Virus record (IMG/VR): IMGVR_UViG_3300013103_000006 | Location: 10,927 to 74,926 of that record | Origin: a virus | Lineage: Duplodnaviria; Caudoviricetes | Length of the DNA: 64,000 bases | Strand: one strand, 5' to 3' | Shown here: piece after piece, positions 7,529 through 16,924 of the stretch | Layout of the letters: each line of letters opens with the position of its first letter | Position numbering within the stretch: the stretch's first letter is position 1 | The notes under the pieces: model-generated | What the model was told of the DNA's origin: nothing | Databases searched by the model: none | What the model saw: the letters and a program-made list of their open reading frames with translations, nothing else | Position numbers and translations under genes: made by a program

Positions 7529-9818
7529 AGACTGTGACTGCTTATTCAAATTCGTAGAGAGCGAATATATAGCTACATTCAAAGCTAAAGACCTAGCAGA
7601 AGATTTCAAGAGGAAGCAAATTCAAATCTACACAGGATGGTATGAATTCAAGAAAGGAGATTTAACTCCAACTATATTCTTAATCGGAAGAGCTAAGAAT
7701 TATGGCAAATTTAAAATGAAAATATTAGGATTCCGACCTTACTGCTATTCTATTGATTCAAACGGTTGTCACAGAAGCATATATGGAGATAAGCTAGAAA
7801 AGATTGAAATTGAAGGATTACCTCCTGAATACATTAAGCGTTTGAGAGTCCAAGCAGAGAAACAAGGTGTTAAAATACCATTTGAAGCAGATATTCCTTT
7901 TGTAAGACGCTTCATGATTGATGCTATTGATTTACTTAAGGCTAAGGAGCCAATCAAACCAAGAATAGTCATTATAGACGTTGAAACTGCATATCCAATT
8001 TCCAAGGAGCTAATATCGTTCAGCATAAATGACTTGGGTTTAGGTATACTCTATCATAATAATAAATTCATGTCAGAATCTCAATATGAGCTAGCTCTGG
8101 ATTTATATGAAAAAATTGTAAATGCTGATGTGATTACTGGATGGAATGTATCTTTTGATATCGAAGTATTAGAATCCCTTATTAAAGAAATCGACAAATC
8201 GTTAACTGATTTAGAAGCTGGTAAAAGTATAAATGATGATATCCTATCAGCTCTTATAAAATTTAAGTATGTTCAGTATGATGGTAAGAAACTTAATATC
8301 GTTAAGAGAATTCCAGAAACTAAAATCAGTCATCTCTGTGCAGTCTTGGATATGAGAGAGCTTGTTAAGAAGTTATGGAGGAAGGAACTATCTAGTTGGT
8401 CTTTATTAACCGCTGGTATGGAACTCAGTGGTTTACTGAAGTGTCAGATTGATAAGAAGCCTCATGAGATGGATGCAGATGAATTATTAGAATATAATAC
8501 AGTTGATGTTATTATTCCAGAGGAGATTGAGGCTCTATTATCTCCTATTGAGTATCACTCCGTATTAGCTTGGAGTATTAACGCTCTATTAGAAGACACA
8601 ATTATTACATCAACAGTAAATGACATTATTATTCTAGAGGTCTATAATAAACATGGCATTGTCTTACCATCTAGGAATTATAGCAGGAAGAAATCCGGAT
8701 ATAAAGCAGCAGAACCATTCGGTAAGAAAGGAGTATACAGAGATGTATTAGCATTCGATTTATCTGCTGCGTATCCGTCTATAGTATTGGCTCTCAATGC
8801 ATCTCCTGAAACTAAAGACCCTAAGGGCTCTATAATAGCTCCCAACGGAGTGAGATTTAATACCAATAAATCCTATTTCGTAGAAGCTCTTAAAGAACTT
8901 CTGGAGATGCGTAAACAAATAAAAGCTAAACTTAAGGCTGCTAAATCCAATGTTGAACAACATAGATTGAATCTAATGCAGTTAGCTCTTAAGACCCAAG
9001 CAGCTGCCTTCAGTCATGGTATATTCGGGTATGAACATTCAAGGCTATTCGATGAAGAGTTAGCGGATGCTATTACCGCAACAGCTAGAAATATTATTAA
9101 TCTAGCTAAGGAAAAATTGGAATCTCTTGGTCTTAATGTAATCTATGCTCATACTGATAGTATTTATTTTGTTGGTAATCCAGACGCGATAAGTGACTTA
9201 GAAGAGTTACTTAATGCTATAGTGGAAAAATATATTAAGGAGCATGGATATTTATATACCCCAAGATTTGAATTTAAGGGTTATTATCCAAGAGCATATA
9301 TTCACTCAGCAGCTAGAAATGTGTTGGAGGACGAGAATGGAGAATGGCATGTCACAGGTATGAATCTTGTTAGGTCCGATGCTCCTCAATACGTTAAGAA
9401 TTTGGAGAAATCAATAATCAAGATGCTCTTGGATGGCAAATCTAAAGATGAAATTCTAGCATGGCTATCGGATCATCTATCAAGAATCAAAGAGGCTAGA
9501 CCATCTGAGTTAGGATTAGCTAAACCTCTGAAGAAGCCTCTAGAGAAATATAAAGTGAAGTCATATCATATTAAGGCATTAATAAATGCTAAAGAAGAGT
9601 ATGGTTTAGAAGTCAAAGAGGGAGAGAAATTTTATGTCTTGCCAGTTAAGAAACTTAAATCTACTGGTAAGCCAGGAGTAATAGCATTTATGAATGATGA
9701 GTTTCCAGAAGGATATGAAATCGATTATGAAGCCTATCTAAAGAGTAATGTCTATAATAAGATTGCTAAGATGTTAGATGTTGATGATGTTCAAAACCTC
9801 TTGGAGGTTAGAATATGA
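7473..9818 (+). CDS. polB: Family B DNA polymerase (likely start 7503)
   Basis: ExoI DVET, ExoII GWNVSFD, ExoIII YNTVD; FDLSAAYPS, KTQAAAFSHG, YAHTDS. Confidence 0.93.
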   Translation: MYPITRRSRKMIIESHTLKDCDCLFKFVESEYIATFKAKDLAEDFKRKQIQIYTGWYEFKKGDLTPTIFLIGRAKNYGKFKMKILGFRPYCYSIDSNGCHRSIYGDKLEKIEIEGLPPEYIKRLRVQAEKQGVKIPFEADIPFVRRFMIDAIDLLKAKEPIKPRIVIIDVETAYPISKELISFSINDLGLGILYHNNKFMSESQYELALDLYEKIVNADVITGWNVSFDIEVLESLIKEIDKSLTDLEAGKSINDDILSALIKFKYVQYDGKKLNIVKRIPETKISHLCAVLDMRELVKKLWRKELSSWSLLTAGMELSGLLKCQIDKKPHEMDADELLEYNTVDVIIPEEIEALLSPIEYHSVLAWSINALLEDTIITSTVNDIIILEVYNKHGIVLPSRNYSRKKSGYKAAEPFGKKGVYRDVLAFDLSAAYPSIVLALNASPETKDPKGSIIAPNGVRFNTNKSYFVEALKELLEMRKQIKAKLKAAKSNVEQHRLNLMQLALKTQAAAFSHGIFGYEHSRLFDEELADAITATARNIINLAKEKLESLGLNVIYAHTDSIYFVGNPDAISDLEELLNAIVEKYIKEHGYLYTPRFEFKGYYPRAYIHSAARNVLEDENGEWHVTGMNLVRSDAPQYVKNLEKSIIKMLLDGKSKDEILAWLSDHLSRIKEARPSELGLAKPLKKPLEKYKVKSYHIKALINAKEEYGLEVKEGEKFYVLPVKKLKSTGKPGVIAFMNDEFPEGYEIDYEAYLKSNVYNKIAKMLDVDDVQNLLEVRI

Positions 9819-10330
9819 AGACTAGTAAGAAGATGTCTGTAGATGAAGCTGTATTAAGAAGAGGTGATTTAAGCAAGACTCCTGAAGCATTTATAGATGA
9901 AATCAAGAAGCTTCAAGACGAACGTTTTACAGATTTGAGGTCTCTTGTATTCGGTTGGGTTCCTCAGCCTGATGGTTCAAAGAAGCTCATGTCGAAGCTT
10001 CCAAACGGCAAGGTAGTCTTCGTAGATAGGAAAGAAAAAGTTGAGGTAAAACCCGGAAGGCCATATATTTGTTTAGTATATGAGCGTGAACGAGAGGCAT
10101 TTGCAAAAGTCTTATGTGAGGAGGAAATGCCAGTAGTTTGGGTTTTACCAAATAAACTAGTGACATTTAGATACAGAAAGGGCAATAAATTTCATGTAAT
10201 TATGACAAAAGGCCAGACGTATCCTGAGCGTATGATGGAAGCTCTTAAGAGATTGGAATCAGAAGGGTTCCCAGAAGTTAAAATTATCTTCAGGGAGAAT
10301 GAACGGAGGCTTGCTCATAATGTCGTCTAG
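9815..10330 (+). CDS. Hypothetical protein
   Basis: Coupled to PolB; beta-rich, no firm motif. Confidence 0.6.
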   Translation: MKTSKKMSVDEAVLRRGDLSKTPEAFIDEIKKLQDERFTDLRSLVFGWVPQPDGSKKLMSKLPNGKVVFVDRKEKVEVKPGRPYICLVYEREREAFAKVLCEEEMPVVWVLPNKLVTFRYRKGNKFHVIMTKGQTYPERMMEALKRLESEGFPEVKIIFRENERRLAHNVV

Positions 10331-10490
10331 ATGTTATTATTGTAAAAACGATACTGTATTCTTTATCTGGACATCCTCAAGAATATTCCCTCGGAAGAAA
10401 TTAGCTAATGACAAAATTGAGTATAAGATTTTAACCGAGGGTGTTCCTGTTTGTATGAAGTGCTGGAATGAAATTAAAAATAGGAGATAA
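10299..10490 (+). CDS. Small Zn-finger protein
   Basis: CYYC...CMKC; GGAGG upstream of internal ATG. Confidence 0.6.
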   Translation: MNGGLLIMSSRCYYCKNDTVFFIWTSSRIFPRKKLANDKIEYKILTEGVPVCMKCWNEIKNRR

Positions 10491-11460
10491 TCAAGACATG
10501 AAGATTGGGATTCAATGTAGCTCATATACTACAGCTAGGTGTGGTATCCGAACGTATTCTGTTAGACTAAATGAGGCACTAAAGAAAAAAGGAATAGATA
10601 GTCATATTTTCATAGAAAAGCCTCATAAGGATGTTGATGCGATATTAATCCAATATGAGCCGGGAATATTACCACCACAAAAACTTAACTATTTTGTCAG
10701 GAAATTTATTGAGCCGCTTGTGATTGTTACAGCTCATCATTCAAGAGACATAGACCAATTCTATCCTATTCTGGATGGTGTTGTGTTTCACGATGAGTCA
10801 CAGATAATTGGTGAGCCATGGGAAGGTCTTTATACTATCATCCCACACCCAGCATTGGTGTTTCCGAGATTAGATAAGAAGAAAGTCCGAAAAGAGCTAA
10901 AGCTTCCAGTAGATAAAACTATAATAGGAACAGCTGGATTCATAACAGGAACTGGAAAAAAGCTCCCTGTAATACTTGAATCACTTCTTCCAAAGATTGA
11001 TGATTCAATGTTTATATACTTCATCACTTCATTCTGGAAAGCTGGAGATTTAGGAAGACTCAGACAAATTCAAGAAATAGTAAAACGTAGTGGTAAGGCT
11101 AATCAGTTCAGAATAGATACAGATTTCCTATCAGAGAAAGAGCTGAATAAGCGTATGCAAGCTTGTGATTTACTATTCTCTTGGAATGACACCTCTATAA
11201 ACGATAAAGGGTCACAGTCAGGTATAGCTGCTGATATGTATGGCTCATACACTAAGCTAATAGTCAAGGATTCTCCACATTATAATTTCATAAAAAAACA
11301 AGATAAAGTCCTAGTAGGAAGACTGGATGTGGATGATTTCACTGAGGATGTCATTAATGCGGTAAAGAAAGAAGATTTGACTGACGTTCCTGACCCAAGT
11401 TGGTTGTCGTGGGATAAAATGGTAGATAGATATATTGAATTTATTGAGGAGTTATCATGA
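10468..11460 (+). CDS. GT-B fold glycosyltransferase (GT4-like)
   Basis: CGIRTYS..L N-terminus, IIGTAGF, DFLSEKEL...MQACD. Confidence 0.8.
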   Translation: MKLKIGDNQDMKIGIQCSSYTTARCGIRTYSVRLNEALKKKGIDSHIFIEKPHKDVDAILIQYEPGILPPQKLNYFVRKFIEPLVIVTAHHSRDIDQFYPILDGVVFHDESQIIGEPWEGLYTIIPHPALVFPRLDKKKVRKELKLPVDKTIIGTAGFITGTGKKLPVILESLLPKIDDSMFIYFITSFWKAGDLGRLRQIQEIVKRSGKANQFRIDTDFLSEKELNKRMQACDLLFSWNDTSINDKGSQSGIAADMYGSYTKLIVKDSPHYNFIKKQDKVLVGRLDVDDFTEDVINAVKKEDLTDVPDPSWLSWDKMVDRYIEFIEELS

Positions 11461-13766
11461 GTGGTGAAAGAGTTCTAATAATATCAGATAAACTTGATGC
11501 TCCTACAGGCTTTGGCGTAAATGCTTCAAATATAGCTTGGTGTCTAGCAAAGGAATATGATGTTCATATTTTAGGAATTCAAGCTACTAGAGATGTCAAA
11601 GTTCTTTTAGATTTTGCAGGCGAAGAAAGAGAGGTGATACAGCATAAGAATTTCCCAAGAACACCAGATGTTAATACGGAGTTTGGTCAGAGGTCTCTTC
11701 CTAAACTATTAAAAGAACTTCAACCAGATTTATTACTAACCATTAATGATATTCAGATGGTTCAGCACGTTCCAAAGACGTTATTTCCAACACAAATTAA
11801 TGTAACTGCATTGGATATGCCTTCAAGAAGGTTAAGAAGCAAAGAAGAAATCCTTACTGAGATAGAAGCTAAGATTGAGGAATTCAGGGAGAGATACCCA
11901 CCAATCACCAAATGGTTAATGTATGCTCCAATGGATGGAGATCCACCTATCCCTCAGTGGCTCAATGTGTACTATGCAGCAGATGAAGTTGTTGCTATGT
12001 CAAAATACGGTAAGCGAATATTTAAAGACTATTTTGATTTGGATGTAGACTATATCTGGCATGCTATTGACACCGATACGTTCACACCTGAAGAAAAACC
12101 TGAATCACTTCAAGGATATTTTGTTGTAGGTGACTATAATAGGAATCAGCCCAGAAAGCAACCATTAAGACTCATAGAAGCATTTGCTAAATTTGCTAAG
12201 GATAAAGATGATGTAAGACTTTGGATGCAAATGTCATGGACTGACCCCTATGGTTGGCCTTTAGAATATTTCATTAGGCATGTGTATAATATCAGCGATA
12301 AAACCATCTGGCCATTTAATCCGGATGACTTGAAGAGGGGAGATATCGCCAGAATAGTTGGTTCATTTGATATTCATGTTTCACCTCATGCCGGAGAGGG
12401 ATTTGGCTTAACCATGGGAGAGGCTCTTTCAGCTGGAGTGCCGACTATTGCAACTGACTACACCTGCTATTCTGATGACACTACTGTGCTAACACCGACA
12501 GGTGAAAAGCGTTTTGATGAGTTGTGTGTAGGTGATCTCGTCTATTCATTAAATGAGGAGACTGAGGAATTGGAAGCGAAGCCGATTACCCACATAGAAG
12601 CGAAGGATTGGGATGGAGAGATGATTCATTTTAGCTCGAGATATATAGATCTTCTAGTGACACCTGATCACAAAATGGTAGTGAAGAAAAGAAGCACGAA
12701 GGGAAAATATACCAATTGGCAACATATAGAAGCTAAGGACATGCTGAATAAAAGCTCGTATAAATTTCCCTTAAAGGCGAAATATAATGTTACAGCTAGT
12801 CAGCCGGATATCAGTGATGATTTATTAACTCTTATTGGGTGGTATATCTCCGAGGGCTTCATACAAAGAGATTATAGATGTAAAACTGAAACTATTATTG
12901 GCATCTGCGAGCCAGAAGGGAGTAAATACAGGGAAGAAATTATAAACACAATTAAAAAACTAGGTTATAAGCCTACAAAAACAAAGAATCAAATAACTTT
13001 TCATGCGAAAGATTTAGTTCCATTATTAAAAGAGTGTGGTACCAGAGCTGAAAACAAAAGAATACCTAGAAAATATCTAAATCTAAGCAAAGACAAGCTT
13101 CAAGTGCTATTCAATGCACTGATGAAAGGAGACGGAAGCAAATTTGGAGTGTATAATGAATTCAGGAACTACACAACTGTGTCAAAAGAACTTGCGACTA
13201 ATATAATTGAATTATGTATTAAACTAGGTTATGGAGCGAAATACAGAATAGAAGAGCCACAAAAATCAGTGATATATAAAGGAACTAATAAAGAAAGGAT
13301 TATAAAAGGGAACTTCCCGGTCTATAGAGTATCGATAAGATATAAGCTACTGGAGGGATTCTACAGAAATGGAAAGGGATTACAAAAAACTACTGTAGAG
13401 CATTATAAGGGTAAGGTATGGTGTGTCGAGGTTGCTGATAATCATAATCTACTAGTCGGTAGAAATGGCAAATTTGTATTTTGTGGCAACACCAGTAAAG
13501 AGCTAATAGTAGATGGTGAACCAACTCCAAGAGGAATCCTTGTTCCGCCAGCTACTCTCTATTGGGATAAACTTGATGTAGCGGCAGTCAGAAGAGCATT
13601 AATCGATATAGATAAGCTAGTTGATGCTATGAACTTTTATTACTATAACAGGGATGAGCTAGAAAAGCATGGGAAAAATGCTAGAGATTGGGCGATAAAG
13701 AATTTAGATATCCGACGAATAGAAAAGCAATGGCTCAGGAAAGTCAAGGAGGTACTCAATAAATGA
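11457..13766 (+). CDS. GT4 glycosyltransferase interrupted by an intein
   Basis: TGFG, HAIDT, RNQPRK, EGFGL...EALSAGVPTIATD. Confidence 0.9.
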   Translation: MSGERVLIISDKLDAPTGFGVNASNIAWCLAKEYDVHILGIQATRDVKVLLDFAGEEREVIQHKNFPRTPDVNTEFGQRSLPKLLKELQPDLLLTINDIQMVQHVPKTLFPTQINVTALDMPSRRLRSKEEILTEIEAKIEEFRERYPPITKWLMYAPMDGDPPIPQWLNVYYAADEVVAMSKYGKRIFKDYFDLDVDYIWHAIDTDTFTPEEKPESLQGYFVVGDYNRNQPRKQPLRLIEAFAKFAKDKDDVRLWMQMSWTDPYGWPLEYFIRHVYNISDKTIWPFNPDDLKRGDIARIVGSFDIHVSPHAGEGFGLTMGEALSAGVPTIATDYTCYSDDTTVLTPTGEKRFDELCVGDLVYSLNEETEELEAKPITHIEAKDWDGEMIHFSSRYIDLLVTPDHKMVVKKRSTKGKYTNWQHIEAKDMLNKSSYKFPLKAKYNVTASQPDISDDLLTLIGWYISEGFIQRDYRCKTETIIGICEPEGSKYREEIINTIKKLGYKPTKTKNQITFHAKDLVPLLKECGTRAENKRIPRKYLNLSKDKLQVLFNALMKGDGSKFGVYNEFRNYTTVSKELATNIIELCIKLGYGAKYRIEEPQKSVIYKGTNKERIIKGNFPVYRVSIRYKLLEGFYRNGKGLQKTTVEHYKGKVWCVEVADNHNLLVGRNGKFVFCGNTSKELIVDGEPTPRGILVPPATLYWDKLDVAAVRRALIDIDKLVDAMNFYYYNRDELEKHGKNARDWAIKNLDIRRIEKQWLRKVKEVLNK
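12465..13490 (+). mobile_element. Intein (342 aa) with LAGLIDADG endonuclease
   Basis: DYT|CYSDDT...VTPDH...FVFCGN|TSK; LIGWYISEG and LMKGDG motifs. Confidence 0.93.
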
Positions 13767-14077
13767 TTTTCTTCAATCCATTCTCTGAGGATATAGATGA
13801 TTTCATCAGGAGGGTCTTTGGAGCTGCTAGTAGAGACACATCTATATATAAATCAGAGGATGGTAAGTATCTTTATATCACCGTGAATATACCAGATATT
13901 AAAGATGTCGCTAACATAAATTATTTTAATGGAGTGATTCATATTGACTACACAACTATCTGGGGTGATGAGAGGTATAGAGCTATCTCAATAGATTTGC
14001 CAGTCAAGGAAATTAAAGAATACACAGTTAGAAATGGCGTACTAGACATAGAGGTGGAGCTACATGAATATATCTAA
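13763..14077 (+). CDS. Small heat-shock (Hsp20/alpha-crystallin-like) protein
   Basis: FNPF..IDDFIRRVF, VNIPDI, YTVRNGVLDIEV. Confidence 0.75.
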   Translation: MIFFNPFSEDIDDFIRRVFGAASRDTSIYKSEDGKYLYITVNIPDIKDVANINYFNGVIHIDYTTIWGDERYRAISIDLPVKEIKEYTVRNGVLDIEVELHEYI

Positions 14078-14501
14078 ATTTAATTCAAAAGTCTTAGCAA
14101 GAGCAAAAGAAATTATTCAAGAACAAATAGCGAAGGCTGAAGAACAAGGCGACAATCAGTTTCTTAATAAGGTATATGATTATGACCCAAGTATTCCAGA
14201 TTATCCAATTTACTATATACCAGAGGATACGGATAAATTGATTAAATGGATAGCTGTAAGGCATCTCAGAGTCAATAAGGATATAGGCTATAATGCTCTT
14301 GTTCAAGCCTACGAGGAAATCTACGGGAAGAAGCAAGACATGCCAGTATGCAAATTCTGTGGAAAACCAATTCCAATGAATGAAAGAGGTAGAAAAAGAA
14401 GATTCTGTTCTGATGTTTGTAGGGCTAAATATAATCGACAATTAAGGCGTAAATGGAATCAGAAGCCAAAGAGGTCAGTGAGGAGAAAACGTGGTTCTTA
14501 G
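14064..14501 (+). CDS. Protein with C-terminal treble-clef Zn finger, possible DNA-binding regulator
   Basis: CKFCGKPI...RRFCSDVCRAKYNR; basic tail. Confidence 0.7.
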   Translation: MNISKFNSKVLARAKEIIQEQIAKAEEQGDNQFLNKVYDYDPSIPDYPIYYIPEDTDKLIKWIAVRHLRVNKDIGYNALVQAYEEIYGKKQDMPVCKFCGKPIPMNERGRKRRFCSDVCRAKYNRQLRRKWNQKPKRSVRRKRGS

Positions 14502-14595
14502 CTAGTGATATTGTTGCATTTATAGACACATAAATGATAGATTGTGATTGTATATATTGTGGTTATATACATGATATGACTTATGGAATACCAAG

Positions 14596-14653
14596 GTGTT
14601 ACGAAATGCAGTTTACGAATAGTAAACCATTCGGAAGTCGAATTTCGTAACAC
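14596..14653. promoter_or_regulatory. Inverted-repeat element, copy 1
   Basis: GTGTTACGAAAT-N34-ATTTCGTAACAC with inner CGAAT-N8-ATTCG; intergenic, 18 nt before ATG 14672. Confidence 0.85.
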
Positions 14654-14671
14654 GTTAATGGGTGTCATGGT

Positions 14672-15175
14672 ATGATATTCGTAACAGCAGACCATCATTT
14701 CGGACATAAGAACATCATTAAATACTGCGATAGACCATTCAGAGACATTGGGAAAATGAATAAAGCCTTTATACGAAAATGGAACTATACAGTAGGCACA
14801 GATGATACTGTATACTATCTTGGTGATTTTGCACTTACTCCTGTATGGTATGCTCAGAATATCATGGATAAATTGAATGGCTATAAGATTCTCATAAGAG
14901 GGAATCATGATGGTAGCGTTACTAGAATGAAAAGAATTGGATTCCATGAAGTCTATAATGAACCATATCTGTTTGATAAGAACAAATGCATCTTTTTCAG
15001 TCATAATCCAATAGCTAATTCATTTAATGTTAATGTAGGAGTTGATGTATGGGATTATGCTCCGGTAGAATTAAATAAAGCTTTATCTTTAGTTCCAGAT
15101 TATATTTGGAGAAGACATAGAGTGGTGCTATGTGGGCATGTTCATAACAACTGGGTAACGAGGTTCTTAAAATGA
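14672..15175 (+). CDS. Calcineurin-like metallophosphoesterase
   Basis: ADHH, LGDF, GNHD, SH and GHVH motifs. Confidence 0.9.
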   Translation: MIFVTADHHFGHKNIIKYCDRPFRDIGKMNKAFIRKWNYTVGTDDTVYYLGDFALTPVWYAQNIMDKLNGYKILIRGNHDGSVTRMKRIGFHEVYNEPYLFDKNKCIFFSHNPIANSFNVNVGVDVWDYAPVELNKALSLVPDYIWRRHRVVLCGHVHNNWVTRFLK

Positions 15176-15600
15176 ATTGGCTATTCATTCCTATATTTAT
15201 ATTCTGCTGGGTTGTATCATTTCTGTTACATGAGTTAGGTCAAGCTCTCGAAGCCCTCAGACAGGGAAAGAATACAGCAACGATTAAAATATCTAAGAAG
15301 CCTCCATTTATGTATACTCTAGCTGGATATCTACCATATCGTCCACTCTATCTATTAGCTGGAGGAGGATTCGCCGGCACAGTCATGCTCTTGGTTGGTT
15401 TGATTTCATTTATGCTTGGATGCTTTTTGTTTACTGCAGCATTCTTAACTATGGTTATAGTACAGTACCTCTATGCTATCTTTGAAGTATTGTTCATCGA
15501 TATTTTATCAGAACGAGCTTATAACACCTATAGGTTTATTCTATATGGAATGTTAGTTGTGATATCAATTGCTATCTGCAGTATTAGCGGATTAATATGA
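15172..15600 (+). CDS. Membrane protein, degenerate M50 peptidase-like
   Basis: About 4 TM; LLHELGQA (HExxH with second His replaced by Gln), LAGG. Confidence 0.5.
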   Translation: MNWLFIPIFIFCWVVSFLLHELGQALEALRQGKNTATIKISKKPPFMYTLAGYLPYRPLYLLAGGGFAGTVMLLVGLISFMLGCFLFTAAFLTMVIVQYLYAIFEVLFIDILSERAYNTYRFILYGMLVVISIAICSISGLI

Positions 15601-16112
15601 ATGATATACTACTTGCCGGAATATCAGTTCTACATATCGCTCTTTTAATCTTCATGATAGTCAAAACCAAAAACTGGTTTGATAAACTGGATAATCACGT
15701 AGAGGCAATGGATAGACACATTTCATACATTGACTCTCATGTTAAGTCTCTAAGTAGAATAGGAGACAAATATGTATATCTACTTAATTTCTATGCTCTA
15801 GATATTCCTGATTTAAAAATCTATCTGCTTCATGACAAGAAATTCTCAGAGGATGAATTCAGAAGCATGATTCATGAGGCAGTCAAATCTATTGTGAGGA
15901 AAACAAAATCAAGATATGTAGCATTGATTTATAAATACCATGATATTGTTACATATCTAAAGAATAACTTTGGCTTCGAGGAAATCTCTCCTATCATAAA
16001 CTGGGAGATAATCGGAGATGCTAATATCTTGGAAGATAATCAAAGAGTCATGCAATATGATAAGAACTATAAATATTTAAGAGAGTTTTTGAAGGAGGTG
16101 AATAATGAATAA
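15597..16112 (+). CDS. Hypothetical protein with N-terminal TM
   Basis: Coupled ORF; TM then coiled segment. Confidence 0.6.
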   Translation: MNDILLAGISVLHIALLIFMIVKTKNWFDKLDNHVEAMDRHISYIDSHVKSLSRIGDKYVYLLNFYALDIPDLKIYLLHDKKFSEDEFRSMIHEAVKSIVRKTKSRYVALIYKYHDIVTYLKNNFGFEEISPIINWEIIGDANILEDNQRVMQYDKNYKYLREFLKEVNNE

Positions 16113-16407
16113 ACAATATTTCCTACCTATATTCTCTATAGTGTTAGCTATCTTAATGAGCATCAAACTCTTAAAAATGGATGTTGGTATCCTGTCCATT
16201 ATATGCTATATCGCTGAGGTACTAGGGATTACTTTGTTAATTCTTTTCGGGTTGTTTTTGATGATTGCGTCAAGAGCTTTCTCCAAACTTGATACTCTAC
16301 TTAATTCACTTAATCAGAAGTCCTTTGATGACTGGTTCAAGGAATTCGGTAAGATTGAAATCCGATTCGGCGATGGAAATGAGGATTCAACTATTAAATC
16401 TGATTAG
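16105..16407 (+). CDS. Hypothetical membrane protein
   Basis: GGAGGTGA RBS; 2 TM. Confidence 0.65.
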   Translation: MNKQYFLPIFSIVLAILMSIKLLKMDVGILSIICYIAEVLGITLLILFGLFLMIASRAFSKLDTLLNSLNQKSFDDWFKEFGKIEIRFGDGNEDSTIKSD

Positions 16408-16543
16408 AAGAGCAATTGGATATTCGATGATTTGTATCAGTGGCTACTTCCTCAGTAACACAGAGTTCTTTGATGTCTCCAACTTAAATTTCTGGATTGG
16501 TGAATGTTTGTTGTTCTTTGGTATAATAAGCGTAGAATGGTGA
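16265..16543 (+). CDS. Small membrane protein (true start probably at MEMRIQ, further downstream)
   Basis: Hydrophobic C-half fills the gap to 16548. Confidence 0.45.
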   Translation: MRQELSPNLILYLIHLIRSPLMTGSRNSVRLKSDSAMEMRIQLLNLIRRAIGYSMICISGYFLSNTEFFDVSNLNFWIGECLLFFGIISVEW

Positions 16544-16547
16544 GATT

Positions 16548-16898
16548 ATGAATGCATTTCCAATCACTCTCAAAGTGGATGGAAAGACTCCAGCTGATGT
16601 TACGGAAATATTAATTTTTGAAAATCGACCTCATAACATAGTCTATGCATCTTATGTCATAGAGCCAGATGATAAGTTTGGTCAACTATATGTAAAATGT
16701 TCTAATGGCTCAGAATACACAATATCAGCTAGCGGGAAAGTAGATATACATCATGGCAAATGGAGAGTGGTGTCAGAATATAATACACCATTATCAACTA
16801 AAATCTATTATAATAACCAAGAGATAACTGGTGTGAAAAGCATATTCTGGAAAAGTGATGCAAATCTTGATTTGAATGACTTGGAAATTAGTGTATAG
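16548..16898 (+). CDS. Hypothetical protein
   Basis: GGTGAG upstream; no motif. Confidence 0.6.
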   Translation: MNAFPITLKVDGKTPADVTEILIFENRPHNIVYASYVIEPDDKFGQLYVKCSNGSEYTISASGKVDIHHGKWRVVSEYNTPLSTKIYYNNQEITGVKSIFWKSDANLDLNDLEISV

Positions 16899-16924
16899 TT
16901 AGCAAGCTAACTGGAGGAGATGAA

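Noticed and set aside
14546-14561. NrdR-box-like sequence ATTGTATATATTGTGG
   Set aside because: Only part of the palindrome matches, it is AT-rich, overlaps a TATA box, and is not upstream of the RNR gene.
14498-15004. 168-aa minus-strand ORF
   Set aside because: Antisense shadow of the metallophosphoesterase and regulatory region; no RBS or motif.
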